DNA of 15,385 nt from the NCBI GenBank assembly GCA_963783885.1, contig CAWAPJ010000034.1:1-15385 (forward strand). Direction: 5' to 3'. Shown piece after piece: positions 14,856 through 15,385 of the stretch. The notes under the pieces are model-generated. The model worked only from the letters and a program-made list of their open reading frames with translations. It was not told where the DNA came from and did no database searches. The DNA comes from Waddliaceae bacterium. Its GTDB lineage: Bacteria; Chlamydiota; Chlamydiia; Chlamydiales; SLFE01. The first letter of the stretch is position 1. Every line of letters begins with the position of its first letter. The translations under genes and the position numbers were made by a program.

Positions 14856-15385
14856 CCTGATATATGGGGAAGCAATTTTTTTTCTTGTTCGTTCAGATGC
14901 TTCTTTGTTTTTCGATCAACCCGATCACCCGCTGCTGGACTTGTAAAGTGCTCGAGATGCTTGAATTCACTGAGCCAGTTTGGCAATTCTGTAATCGGGT
15001 TATAAGATAAGGAAAGGATACGCAGTTTTTTCAGTTTCCTGATTTGTGGAGGGACTTCTTTTAGCTGATTACAACAAAGGTTCAATACCTCTAAATTTAT
15101 AAGCTTGCCGATCGAATCGGGCAGTTCTGAAAGTTCGTTAGCAAACAGACCGAGTTCTGTTAATTTTGTGAGATTTCCAATCTTTGCAGAAAGGGGAACG
15201 GATATTATGTTGAGTAGGCTTAATTTTGTCAATTGAGTGAGTTCATAAATAAGGGCTGGTCTGGTTGGACTATTGCCAAATATTAATCCGGTTAAAGAGG
15301 GCCATTCTTTCATTTCTTCTGGTAGTTCTGTCAGCTGATTCCCACCCAAACAGAGTTGAGTCACATTTTTAAGATTTTTTATTTG
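14852..15385 (-). CDS. leucine-rich repeat protein, 5' end outside the window
   Basis: 23-aa LRRs such as LTKLTELGLFANELSELPDSIGK and LINLEVLNLCCNQLKEVPPQIRK. The frame is open to the window edge (QIKNLKNVTQL...). Confidence 0.92.
   Translation of the reverse strand, partial: QIKNLKNVTQLCLGGNQLTELPEEMKEWPSLTGLIFGNSPTRPALIYELTQLTKLSLLNIISVPLSAKIGNLTKLTELGLFANELSELPDSIGKLINLEVLNLCCNQLKEVPPQIRKLKKLRILSLSYNPITELPNWLSEFKHLEHFTSPAAGDRVDRKTKKHLNEQEKKLLPHISG

Overview
Two parts of apparently different origin. Bases 1-~817 hold a 5'-truncated, Bacteroidota-type trmD broken by about five frameshifts, followed by a Bacteroidota-type promoter motif and a 22-A run (818-839); this is probably a chimeric, low-quality contig end. 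Bases ~840-15385 look like the chromosome of a protist-associated intracellular bacterium, most plausibly an environmental chlamydia (inference from gene content). In order, this part carries: a BTB/POZ protein, two orphan ORFs, a small membrane protein missed by the ORF track and coupled to a DsbB-family gene, a TolC/MFP/ABC ATPase/permease (MacAB-TolC-like) exporter split by an antisense orphan gene, a frameshifted Sel1-repeat gene, an SDS-type L-serine dehydratase, a secreted WXXGXW-repeat protein with an extreme Trp/His/Cys tract, a CPBP (CAAX-type) protease divergent from a eukaryote-like 7-dehydrocholesterol reductase, and a partial LRR gene. No RNA genes, CRISPR arrays or transposases were recognised.
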